A stretch of DNA of 64,000 nt from an uncultured Gammaproteobacteria bacterium (GCA_965231015.1 OZ246408.1:481237-545236); one strand, 5' to 3'; shown: positions 46,360 through 55,419, counted from the stretch's first letter. Notes: a model not told the origin generated them from the letters alone. Numbers and translations are program-made.

Positions 46360-47840
46360 CTAAAAAAATCCTCTCATTTTCTCAATAGACTGTTTTAGCT
46401 GTTTTATATCGGGTTTTCCATTATCTTTTTGATGATGAATTTGATTTCTCAAAAATGTATGAATAGTTACTTCATTTTGATTTCCTTTCCATGGAGAATC
46501 TTTTGTTTCTTGTTTTTCACTTTGAAAATAATCTATATCAAATTTTTTGATTGCTTTAGTAATGGTTTCCTTTGTTCCGTCTTTTTTTTCTATTTCTTCT
46601 TGTCCATGTTTAAATATTAATTCTTCGTATAATTCGTTGTGATATTCTTCAGTTGCTAACCCAAAAGCAATAAAATTTACTTCGTTAGCTGAAACATATG
46701 GTAAAACTCTTTTTTCTAATTCTAAAATTTTTACTTCTTCATTTTCTTTCTCTAAGCAATGAATTTGAATTTTGCTATTGTCATTATTTAATGTTTGTTT
46801 AACAAAAAGTGGAGAGTGAGTAGAAAATAGAAATTGATTTTTTTCAGAAATTGAAACTATGTGGTTAATAAAATTATTTTGTAAATCTGGGTGCAAATGT
46901 AGTTCTGGCTCATCAATTAAAATCAAAATGTTTTCTTTTGAAATTTCTGCCATTGTTTCTAAAAATAATAAGGAAACAACCATTTCAACACCTGATCCAA
47001 GTTGAGATATCGGCAAATCTAAACTTTCTAATTTTTGAGAAAGAAAAGCACTATCAAAAGGTGCGTTACAATCAATTAGTGAAAGATCTGCTTTCGGTAA
47101 GCCGACTTTTTCAAGTTTTTCGTTTAATGTCTGAAATGTTTTTTGTTGTGATTTTTCGTCAATTTTTTCTAAAACGCTTGTTTCAAAATTATTTTTTTGA
47201 GTTGTAAATTTTTCTCCGTCAAAATCTTCCTTTGTTTCATTTTTTTTATTTCTTTATTAAATCTCCAATTAAAATCTTCAAAAACTGACGAAATGGAAGA
47301 ATTAAACCCTCTCTGTAATTGTTTTTCTCTGTTTTTTGGAAAATAAAAACTTTTTGGCAACCCTTCTGATTCCAAAGGAAAAGATAACTGTCTTTCATCA
47401 AATTTAAATTTTGTTCCTGTCCCTCTTGTTATCTCCCAGCCATTTTCATTATCTTTTTCTCTGTTTGGTAAAACATAATGAGACACAACAACAATATCTG
47501 AAAATGCTTTTTTAGGAGTTGCCCTATCTCTCTTTTTTATTTCCAAGCAAACTTTACTGCATTCAACATCTTGTTTAGTATAGCCGTCAGGTAAAAAGAT
47601 TTTAAAGTTTTCATTAAATTCTAAAATAATCTTTATTTCAACATCTTCGCCTTTATAAAAATCTGTATGTTTTATTCTTCCTGATAAAAAATAAGGAGAA
47701 AGACAAAAATTTATTGCTTCCAAAATAGAGGTTTTACTTGTTCCATTTTCACCAACAAGCAAAGAAAGATTTTTTAGTTCAAAATCTTTTAATTCTTTTA
47801 TGCCTCTAAAATTTTGGATTGTGATTGTCTTTATCTTCAT
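46360..47840 (-). pseudogene. AAA_21/ABC-like ATPase (OLD/RecF-type) disrupted by frameshift(s): N-part 47169..47840, C-part 46360..47016
   Basis: The N-terminal part has Walker A (LLVGENGTSKTSILEAINF). The C-terminal part has the signature and Walker B (SQLGSGVEMV...LILIDEPELHLHP...STHSPLF). The roughly 150-nt gap between them contains T8 homopolymers. Confidence 0.55.
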
Positions 47841-47860
47841 AACTTTTTTATTTAAAAAAT

Positions 47861-48943
47861 CTAAACTCCCACAAAATATCTATTCTCTTCTTTTGTGGCA
47901 AAAACTTTTTCTTCTTTTTTCTTGTGTATCGATTCTGTTTTTGGCGTTTGATTCATTTTTTCATTCTTCTGTATTCTTTTATTTCTGATTAAAATTCTAA
48001 AATATGGACATTTTCCATTTATAGACAAATCTTTTTCGTCATTTCCTTTTCTGAATTTAATTATTTCAAACTGATCTGGGTTGAATTTATGTAAAAAAGT
48101 TATCGGTACACCCATAACACCTGAATAATCCAAAGGAATATTTTGTGTTTTATTCACATTAATTCCATGATAATTATCATAATGAGGATACTCAGTTTCG
48201 TTTCCAAAATATTTCTTAGTAAGAGGAATATCTTCGTGTCTTTTAGAAGTATCTAAATTGGTGAGCCATAGACAATTATTTGGGGAGACTATTCTATTTC
48301 CAAAGTCATCAATACGGGCTTCTGTTCCATAAAGCTCATAATGTTCTGGAACAATAAAGCCTGAAATACCTCTACCTAGATTTATTCCTAACCACGCTTT
48401 ACTTCTCTTAATTAATTTAAAAATTTCTTTGTAGGTTATAGCATTAATATTGCCAATAATCAGAAATTTCTTATCATATTTAACCAATTGATCTACGTGC
48501 TCTCTAAATAATGAAAATGGTGGATTAGTAACAACTATATCGGATTGTTTTAATAACTGGATACTTTCCGCACTACGAAAGTCCCCATCCCCTTTAAAGT
48601 GAACAATATCATCTGAACTTGGCTTTGTTTTTTCATCTTGAGCACCTGTATATTCATAAAAAAATCCACATTCAGATACCTCAGTATTAAATAAATTTCT
48701 TTCTTGTTTTTTATAACAAGCCGCTATTAATTTTTTAAGTCCTAGCTCTTTGAAGTTTAAAGCAAAATAATGAAAAAAATTACTAATTTTTGGATCATCG
48801 CAATTACAAAAAACCACTTTGTTTTTAAAATGATCTTTATAATGTTGCAATTCGCTTTCTATATCTGAAAGTTGAGTGTAAAACTCATCACTTTTTGATT
48901 TTTTAGCTTTTTGCAGTAATGTATTTGTTGCATTTCTTGCCAT
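47861..48943 (-). CDS. N6-adenine DNA methyltransferase, M.EcoRI family
   Basis: The N-terminus MARNATNTLLQKAKKSKSDEFYTQ...VVFCNCDDP is near-identical to M.EcoRI as recalled. The NPPF motif is present (IVVTNPPFSLF), and the C-terminus reads GKCPYFRILIRNKRIQK. Confidence 0.85.
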   Translation of the reverse strand: MARNATNTLLQKAKKSKSDEFYTQLSDIESELQHYKDHFKNKVVFCNCDDPKISNFFHYFALNFKELGLKKLIAACYKKQERNLFNTEVSECGFFYEYTGAQDEKTKPSSDDIVHFKGDGDFRSAESIQLLKQSDIVVTNPPFSLFREHVDQLVKYDKKFLIIGNINAITYKEIFKLIKRSKAWLGINLGRGISGFIVPEHYELYGTEARIDDFGNRIVSPNNCLWLTNLDTSKRHEDIPLTKKYFGNETEYPHYDNYHGINVNKTQNIPLDYSGVMGVPITFLHKFNPDQFEIIKFRKGNDEKDLSINGKCPYFRILIRNKRIQKNEKMNQTPKTESIHKKKEEKVFATKEENRYFVGV

Positions 48944-48970
48944 AATCAAATTTTATAAATAAAATTTTAG

Positions 48971-49806
48971 TTATTTGCTCTTAGTTATCTGTTTAAATAT
49001 TTCACTTCCTAATACTTGAAGAGAGGTTTTTGAAATCTCAATCATAATGTTAAACATCTCTTTTGCATCCCATTTTTCTCCATTGCCTTGTGTATATATT
49101 GAAGTTGCCTGAAGCATAATTGTTTTATCTTTGTGTTTAACAAATTTATTTTTACACAGATTAGTATTAATTGGCATTCCATAATTTGCAGAGGTCAGCC
49201 TATCTAACCTATTTAACATTCCTGAATTGTATTCAAGTGTCACAACCCTTCCATCAGGTCTTTTAATTGAAATAGTTTCTGTTAAAAAATTTGACCCCTC
49301 CAAAAATAAGATATATGGAAAATGGGATTCATATAGCATAAAGTTGGCAATTTCTGATATGTTTTTATGTGATCTTTCTATCGCGTTACCGGCAGCCATC
49401 AAGTCTTGATTGTTGTTTATACCAACTTGATTTCCTTTCAGTATATTTTCAATGTCTTTCCCTTGATGTTTAGCCTCCGTTACAAGTAATACTCTCCAAT
49501 TATCGCTATCGTCTTTTACTTCTATTATTCCGCCATCAGGTTTAATGCTTGAATTTGATACAAAAATAGTTTGTCCTAACTCTGGATCAATTTTCTTTAA
49601 TGCTTCGTTTATTTCTTCCTTTTTTATGCTTGTTCTATATCTAAAAGATAATTGAGGAAATTCTTTTTCAAGTTGTTCAATTACAAGATGTGAAATTTTA
49701 CCAACACTTATATCATGCGATTTTGCGTTTTCTCCAAATATACCAACTACTCCGTGAGATTTTTATGCTGATTTGTTAATCTTTTAGATTGATTCTTTTT
49801 AGCCAT
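48971..49806 (-). pseudogene. EcoRI-family type II restriction endonuclease, N-terminal frameshift in T5/A5 run at 49760..49764
   Basis: The region downstream of the frameshift matches R.EcoRI closely: GVVGIFGENAKSHD, PQLSFRYRTSIKKEEINEALKKIDPELGQTIFVSNSSIKPDGGIIEVKDDSDNWRVLLVTEAKHQGKDI and QDLMAAGNAIERSHKNISEIANFML. The N-terminus MAKKNQSKRLTNQHKN is in the -1 frame; one extra A restores the full ORF. Confidence 0.8.
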
Positions 49807-49894
49807 ATTGTTTTTTGAATAAGTAAGGTGTCTTTATTATAGTGTTTTTTTATAAAAATTTAAAATTCATTTTTTGCGGAAGTATGAAGCAAAA

Positions 49895-49918
49895 AATACC
49901 ATATATCCCCCTCATTAA
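49895..49918 (-). promoter_or_regulatory. motif ATGAGGGGGATATATGGTA (minus sense) about 110 nt upstream of the EcoRI-like R start; related copies upstream of C gene
   Basis: The same about 19-nt motif occurs twice at 56629..56647 and 56681..56697. Confidence 0.4.
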
Positions 49919-49981
49919 AATAAAAATTCCATTCCTTTTTAAATTCTTCAACAAAATTCTTTATTTGAGAAAAAATATTGA

Positions 49982-50150
49982 AAAATATGTCGCACAACGT
50001 TAGGGCTATACGAAGTTTTTCGACCGAAGGGAGAAAAATTTGGAGAAATGGCGAGCCGAGCCATTTCTCGTATAGCCCTTGTTATACGAGGGTGAGCGAC
50101 CAACGGGAGCGAAAGCGCAGCGTCCCCTTGCGTATGACGCAGGCAGGCGA
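49982..50150. repeat. partial repeat R3' (modules sharing AAAAATATGTCGCNNAACGTT and GAGGGTGAGCGAC..GGAGCGAAAG with R2 and 44539..44600)
   Basis: The same sub-modules occur in R2 and at 44539..44600, as seen by eye. Confidence 0.5.
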
Positions 50151-50156
50151 TTTTCG

Positions 50157-50936
50157 TCAGTCCATCTTTTTCATTGGTTTATTGGGATCAACATTATCAT
50201 AATAAAAGTCAAAACCCAGCTCATCAAAAATATTCTCAAATTCTGTAAATACTTGTTCCACCACTTTCTGAAGTTTGGCAAAATTTTGGTACTCACCATT
50301 AATAATGATTTGGAGTAAGTCGTCAAAATGCTCAGGCTTCTTTTTGAATTTCTTTGCTTCTTCTATGAATTTTGCAAATGTTGTATAAGGCTTCTGATTT
50401 AGAAAAGTTAATGTTATTAACATGTAATTGCACATGTCAAATACCAAAAGGGAAATGCCAAGTTTGTTTTTTTTCGTGATAGCATTTAGAACTTTAGCAG
50501 TTGATTCTTGTAGGTCTCCGAAGTGATGAATGATCTGCTTGTGACACTTTTCTTTAAGGTTCTTAACTTTGTAATTGTTGAGACGATCTATAAAAGGTTT
50601 ATTGATGAGTGGAAGTAATTTATCAGAACCGGAAAGAAACCAATCAGGCGTGGGCTCTTTCACTGTTTTTATGTATGAGTCTTTAGTCATCCAAACCAGT
50701 TCAACCAGAAGACCATCACGGATTTTGCCCATGCCCGCCCAGGTTTTACCTCTTGGCATTTCCCGAACAAATGCAATTAACTCTAAATCAGAATAGCCAA
50801 AATCTTCGTTTCTAGCAAAAGAAGCCTGAGCCGCTAATGCAATAAGATTTTTGCCAAACTTCTTTTTGATAAGTGGAACAAGTTCTTTAACTACTTGCTC
50901 TCTTTCTTTATGAGAATATTTTTGTAGACCACGCAT
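50157..50936 (-). CDS. nucleotidyltransferase of the ANT(4')/KNTase/Lnu superfamily (NTase domain + KNTase_C-like helical domain)
   Basis: The sequence KEREQVVKELVPLIKKKFGKNLIALAAQASFARNEDFGYSDLELIAFV matches the pol-beta-type NTase motif ([GA]S...SD[LI]E[LM]). The protein is 259 aa. Confidence 0.6.
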   Translation of the reverse strand: MRGLQKYSHKEREQVVKELVPLIKKKFGKNLIALAAQASFARNEDFGYSDLELIAFVREMPRGKTWAGMGKIRDGLLVELVWMTKDSYIKTVKEPTPDWFLSGSDKLLPLINKPFIDRLNNYKVKNLKEKCHKQIIHHFGDLQESTAKVLNAITKKNKLGISLLVFDMCNYMLITLTFLNQKPYTTFAKFIEEAKKFKKKPEHFDDLLQIIINGEYQNFAKLQKVVEQVFTEFENIFDELGFDFYYDNVDPNKPMKKMD

Positions 50937-51014
50937 AGTGTTAGATAGTTTATATTAGTATATAAATATTGCTGGGTTTTGACCATCTTAGAAAATCGCC
51001 TGCCGAGTAATATT

Positions 51015-51300
51015 TCGTATAACGGCCGGCGGCTATGCGACGTGGTCCGGAGACGAGCTTACTCGTCGACGGGCCATGTCCGCATAGCTGACTGTTGTGC
51101 GATGTCGCGTAGCGACGAGCGCAACAAAAGGCGTAGCCGCCGGCCGTTGTGGCGAAGGAGCGAAGCGATTTCGCCACAACGTACCTGCGTATGCGATGTT
51201 TGCCAGTGGTATAATTGCACGAAGTGCTTACCACTGGCAAATATGGGTGGAGGCTTGCGGAGGTACGGAGCAAGCCGTAACCGCATACGCAGTGTTAGCT
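51015..51300. repeat. GC-rich repeat element R3 (core module A + module B)
   Basis: See R1. The core 51020..51185 is nearly identical. Confidence 0.8.
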
Positions 51301-51364
51301 GATGTATTCCTTTTCTTTTCGACGATAGTCGTTTGTTTTAAAAATTTTCAAATTTCTTTTTCCG

Positions 51365-51473
51365 TTTTGGGTGGTGGGCAGAGGGGAATTAAAGGGGTGA
51401 ATGCCCGCCACCCAAAACACCTATTTCTGTTTGAGGGAGGGGCAAGAGGGGAACAAAAGGGGTGAATTGCCCC
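51365..51473 (-). terminator. two tandem GC-rich hairpins directly after the Ppl-like gene stop, loops sharing GAGGGGAAYWAAAGGGGTGAAT
   Basis: Hairpin 1 is TTTTGGGTGGTGGGC..GCCCGCCACCCAAAA. Hairpin 2 is GGGGCAA..TTGCCCC. Both are flanked by A/T runs. Confidence 0.5.
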
Positions 51474-51486
51474 GACCGAAAACATG

Positions 51487-54339
51487 TTATTTGTTTAACA
51501 AATATTTCCTTTCTCGCTGTCTAAAGGCTTCCTCTCCACCTTCAAGAATATCTCTTATATTTTTGTTTATTTCTGGATTTTCAATACTGCCTGATAAATA
51601 GCCTAATTCTTGATCTAGCCTTGCTACGATTATTTGTTCGGCATCCGCATTAACTACTAGATTAGCGTTGTGGGTCGACATTATGATTTGTCTTGATTGT
51701 TTGGCCTTCCGGATGAGTGGGACAAGTTCATTCATTATGAAATTGTTATCAAGGTTGTCTTCAGGTTGATCTATAATGAAAACTTGTTTTGCCGTTGCAG
51801 TAGCTAAATAGACTTTTAGTAAAAGGGTTCCTCTTTGTCCGATAGATAAAATTTCAGTTGCCTTTCCATTTAACTTTGCAATTGCTTTTACTCCCAAGAA
51901 GTCAGCCCATTCAGTGAAAATGTAATATGTGATTCCGCTGATTCCATCACGACTAAAACATTTTTGTTCGCCTAGGTCAGTTTTTTGTATCCATACTGAT
52001 AGATTCTCAAAGGTTATTTCTCGGGGCGTTCCGTCTTCATTTGTGCCAGCTATCATTTTTTTCAGATCAGTTTCATTTGCTACTTTCCGGTTATCCAGAA
52101 AATCATCCAATACACGCTTAGCAAACTTTTTGAAATTAAATTCAATTTTTCCCTCAACTTCAATGCCATTGATAATTTTTTCGAATAGTTCCTTCTCTTC
52201 GGCTGTTGAATCATCGCGTGAATTTTGAAAATCTTTAAATGCTTGTGTGATGGCATTTCGTAGGGCAAGTAATGAATTACTGATTTGTTCCAAGATTTTT
52301 CTTTTCTCCTCATGCAAGTCCACCAATTGTGTTATTGACCGATTGTAATTCTCAAGATCTTTTCCAATGTTGCTTATTTGGCGTTGTAAATTTTCACTGG
52401 CCTGTAATAAGGTATTAACATCTTCCTTAATACCCTGTTCAATAAGTTTCTTTTTTAGAGCAATGATTTCTTCTCTCAATTTAGTCATATCTGCCTCAAT
52501 TTTTGTCTGTAATTCGCTAAGTACTTTTGTCTGTTTGCTGATATTTAGACCCTCAATCTCTTCGTTGTCGGGGTAGTGGTTTTTTAGAATAATGTTGAAG
52601 TTGGCTATTTCTTGTGTGATTGGCAATTCACGAAGGCCTAGCAGTAGTGTGTTTGCTTTTTCTTTCAACTCTTTAAGCTTAAGTCCTTTTTCAGTTTTTT
52701 TATTTATTTCATCAAGTGTCTCCTTTGTTTCTTTTGATGAGAGTCTTTTTTGTTGGTCTGTAAGTTTTGCTAAATAGCTTGCTATCCATTTTTCCAAGTC
52801 TTCGCCCTCGGTATATCCAAGCTCTTTATACCGTTCAATAATGTCTCGGGTACGTTGCTGGGTATTATCAATATCACCAAGTACATCTCGTGCTTTTGAA
52901 GTTAAAACTTCTTGGCCTATTTCGTTAACGTCAATGCCAATCAAATCGCAAACAGTTCGTGTTAGTTCAAAATCATTTGTTGCAATACCGCTTAGCCTTT
53001 CTTGTCCTAGGTACAAAAATGGTAATTCAAGATTTGTTTTATCCGAAAGTTCCTTCTCAAATTCAGACATATCACCATCTTTATCTATCAATGAAGTTTT
53101 GAATGTATAAGAAGGACGTGGCTCTGTTCTTGCTTCATTATCTCTATAATATTCAATAATCTTTTTCTTATTGTTTTGATCTAATTTTAAATGTTCCTCA
53201 TTAAGAAAAGCGAAAGTATCAAGCAGAGCACTTTTTCCACTTCCTCTACCGCCAATTAATGCTATAAGCTCTCTATTTAATAGTATTTCTAAGTCAGGCA
53301 AAACAAAATTTTTACTTCCAGTTAGTTTTATTGAATCAAAATATATTTTCTTTTTTTCTTCGTATGGGTTCTGTTCTTGAATTTTTACTCTTTCCGAAGG
53401 TTCAAATAGTAATTGTTTCAGCCCGTCAAATGTTGGGTTGGATTTAATCCATGTATATCTTTTATTGTCTGGTTCAAATAACTTTTCGTAGGTGTGGGAA
53501 TCTGACCCCCAAATGCATGGTTTAAGGCTTTTAAATTCATTAATGTATTCTTGGGGATTCTCATGCTTTCTTCCAAGACCCCAATTTATCGTAGCTTGAT
53601 TTGAACTGATAAGTACATCAGATTTTTGAATATAAATTTTTCTTACATTATGATCTTGTCCATCCCAAGAAATTTTACTTAAATCTTCATCAGAAGGTAC
53701 ACACATCATATACATGCCTGCAAATTTCGATTTCTTATTAGTTAGTATTTCTGCTATCTGAGTGTGATTTACTACCGCACACTTCATGCCGACAAATAAG
53801 TCAGTATCTGAGTTAAACTCTGCGTGCTCTTTCTTTAGACTTTGACCCAACGTTTCAAGGTTGGGAATTTTTAATTTCCATTTTTCATCAGTGCCTTGAG
53901 GATTTCCTTCATAAATAAAATCTAATTCGTGGAGGAAATTTTCTTCAATATCTGTAATTAAAACTTCATCTGAAAAAATCACATGAAAATTTACTCGGTT
54001 ACCATCTACTAACGTATCAAGGCGAAATTCTACATTTGGGAACAGTTTTATTTTTTTAATTTGCTTAATTTCTTTATCCGTAAATAGTTCAGCAAGCTTG
54101 GTGTCATTATTCAGGTACTCCTGCTTTATCTTCTTATATCCTTCAATGCAGAAGTAATCAGTAATTCCTATAACCGCTATCTGCTTTTCAATGGCAGCTT
54201 TAAAAAGCTTTTTAACATATTCATCGAAGTCATCGCCAAAGCCATTACTTAAATGCGAAAAGGGAGTATGAACCTGTAAATCCCATTTTCTCCAAATCGA
54301 CCCCCTTTGAAACTGATTGTATTTAACTTCGTCAGACAT
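51487..54339 (-). CDS. PHP-domain phosphoesterase fused to SMC/ABC-type ATPase with coiled-coil (Ppl-like single-gene defence candidate)
   Basis: The N-terminal PHP motifs are WDLQVHTPFSH, NVEFRL, NFHVIF and GSDSH. Walker A is LIGGRGSGKSALLDTF, followed by a long coiled-coil middle. The C-terminus has Walker B/D-loop FIIDQPEDNLD and H-loop MSTHN. Confidence 0.7.
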   Translation of the reverse strand: MSDEVKYNQFQRGSIWRKWDLQVHTPFSHLSNGFGDDFDEYVKKLFKAAIEKQIAVIGITDYFCIEGYKKIKQEYLNNDTKLAELFTDKEIKQIKKIKLFPNVEFRLDTLVDGNRVNFHVIFSDEVLITDIEENFLHELDFIYEGNPQGTDEKWKLKIPNLETLGQSLKKEHAEFNSDTDLFVGMKCAVVNHTQIAEILTNKKSKFAGMYMMCVPSDEDLSKISWDGQDHNVRKIYIQKSDVLISSNQATINWGLGRKHENPQEYINEFKSLKPCIWGSDSHTYEKLFEPDNKRYTWIKSNPTFDGLKQLLFEPSERVKIQEQNPYEEKKKIYFDSIKLTGSKNFVLPDLEILLNRELIALIGGRGSGKSALLDTFAFLNEEHLKLDQNNKKKIIEYYRDNEARTEPRPSYTFKTSLIDKDGDMSEFEKELSDKTNLELPFLYLGQERLSGIATNDFELTRTVCDLIGIDVNEIGQEVLTSKARDVLGDIDNTQQRTRDIIERYKELGYTEGEDLEKWIASYLAKLTDQQKRLSSKETKETLDEINKKTEKGLKLKELKEKANTLLLGLRELPITQEIANFNIILKNHYPDNEEIEGLNISKQTKVLSELQTKIEADMTKLREEIIALKKKLIEQGIKEDVNTLLQASENLQRQISNIGKDLENYNRSITQLVDLHEEKRKILEQISNSLLALRNAITQAFKDFQNSRDDSTAEEKELFEKIINGIEVEGKIEFNFKKFAKRVLDDFLDNRKVANETDLKKMIAGTNEDGTPREITFENLSVWIQKTDLGEQKCFSRDGISGITYYIFTEWADFLGVKAIAKLNGKATEILSIGQRGTLLLKVYLATATAKQVFIIDQPEDNLDNNFIMNELVPLIRKAKQSRQIIMSTHNANLVVNADAEQIIVARLDQELGYLSGSIENPEINKNIRDILEGGEEAFRQRERKYLLNK

Positions 54340-54342
54340 AAA

Positions 54343-55419
54343 CTATTTGATAAATCGTATTTGCAGGTTGAGTTTGATAAACATTTCGCCGTTTTCTTCG
54401 TAAACTGTGCCGTATCCGTGGCGTGTTGCACTTGGTGATTCCATGCGAGTGTTATTAAACAAGTAATTTCGAAACGCTTCCGCATTATAAAGATGATAAC
54501 AAACGATTTCGCCGTCTTCACGAACCACAATCACTCCACCGTGGGCACGCAAGGTACCGTCCCATGCACTGGCGGGAACCATTCCGAGAGCTGCATTATT
54601 GAGTAATGCTTTGATTTTGTAGGCGTAGTCTTCGGTGGAAAGTTTGAAATTCAAAATTTGCATTTTTTCATCTTGCAAGTGTTGCAATAATTCCGGGAAA
54701 GTTGCGCCTTTGTCAGAGAAATAAGCCAAAAGAACTTCCGCCATTATTTCTGGCATGATCGTGTCGATTTTTCGTAAGTTTCGCTCGAAAACTTCGGAAT
54801 CAATGCCGTGAAACGCAAACGCTCCGCCCGCTTCACGAATTGCGAAAAGGCGATCACGAATTTTTGCCTTTGTATCAATTGTATTTATTTCTTCAATTTT
54901 TCGTTCATCAAGTCCTGTGATTTTGTATGTAAAGTTAGTTGCTCCCGAAGCGTTGAGAAGTGTTGCGGGTGAACCGAGTTTTGATTTGATACTGAATCCT
55001 ATTTCGTGATCTCGTCCGATCGTGTGATCATGGACTTTCAAAATCAAATCTTCTTTCCGTGCATTTCCGGCATTGAGGGTTTTTATTCCAAAGCGTTCAA
55101 AAAGTTCGTCCGCAAGTGGGACGGAAAAGGTTTGTGATTTTTCTTTAATCTCCGCAAATACTTCAACGACTTTCGATTTCAAATCGGAGGTGTCTACGAT
55201 TGTGGTTTCGCCGTCAATGTGCAAGATTTTCACTTTTTCTCCTTCTTGCAATTCGTATTCCGATTTCCCCTCGGTCTCCTCACGGATTATTTTCAAAATT
55301 GGAAAAAAGACCGCTTCGATTTTTTCGAGTTCTTCATCAGCTCCGATGATTTTTTTATCGACGAGAAGTTTTATAAAAGCATAAAACTCGCTCCATTCGC
55401 CTTTATTTCCTGTGATCAT
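54343..55419 (-). CDS. type II restriction endonuclease candidate (HpaII-like family by N-terminal GNKGEWSE.Y...KLL pattern; assignment tentative)
   Basis: It lies immediately downstream of, and 3'-overlapping, a C5-MTase in a C-M-R arrangement. Motifs GNKGEWSEFYAFIKLL and SIKSKLGSPATLLNASGATNFTYKI are present. Confidence 0.5.
   Translation of the reverse strand: MITGNKGEWSEFYAFIKLLVDKKIIGADEELEKIEAVFFPILKIIREETEGKSEYELQEGEKVKILHIDGETTIVDTSDLKSKVVEVFAEIKEKSQTFSVPLADELFERFGIKTLNAGNARKEDLILKVHDHTIGRDHEIGFSIKSKLGSPATLLNASGATNFTYKITGLDERKIEEINTIDTKAKIRDRLFAIREAGGAFAFHGIDSEVFERNLRKIDTIMPEIMAEVLLAYFSDKGATFPELLQHLQDEKMQILNFKLSTEDYAYKIKALLNNAALGMVPASAWDGTLRAHGGVIVVREDGEIVCYHLYNAEAFRNYLFNNTRMESPSATRHGYGTVYEENGEMFIKLNLQIRFIK

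Noticed and set aside
43755-51300. Classical integron attC sites
   Set aside because: The elements are 170-300 bp with 14-bp perfect GC stems. They lack GTTRRRY/RYYYAAC cores at the junctions, and no intI is present in the window. Only the cassette-like layout is integron-reminiscent.
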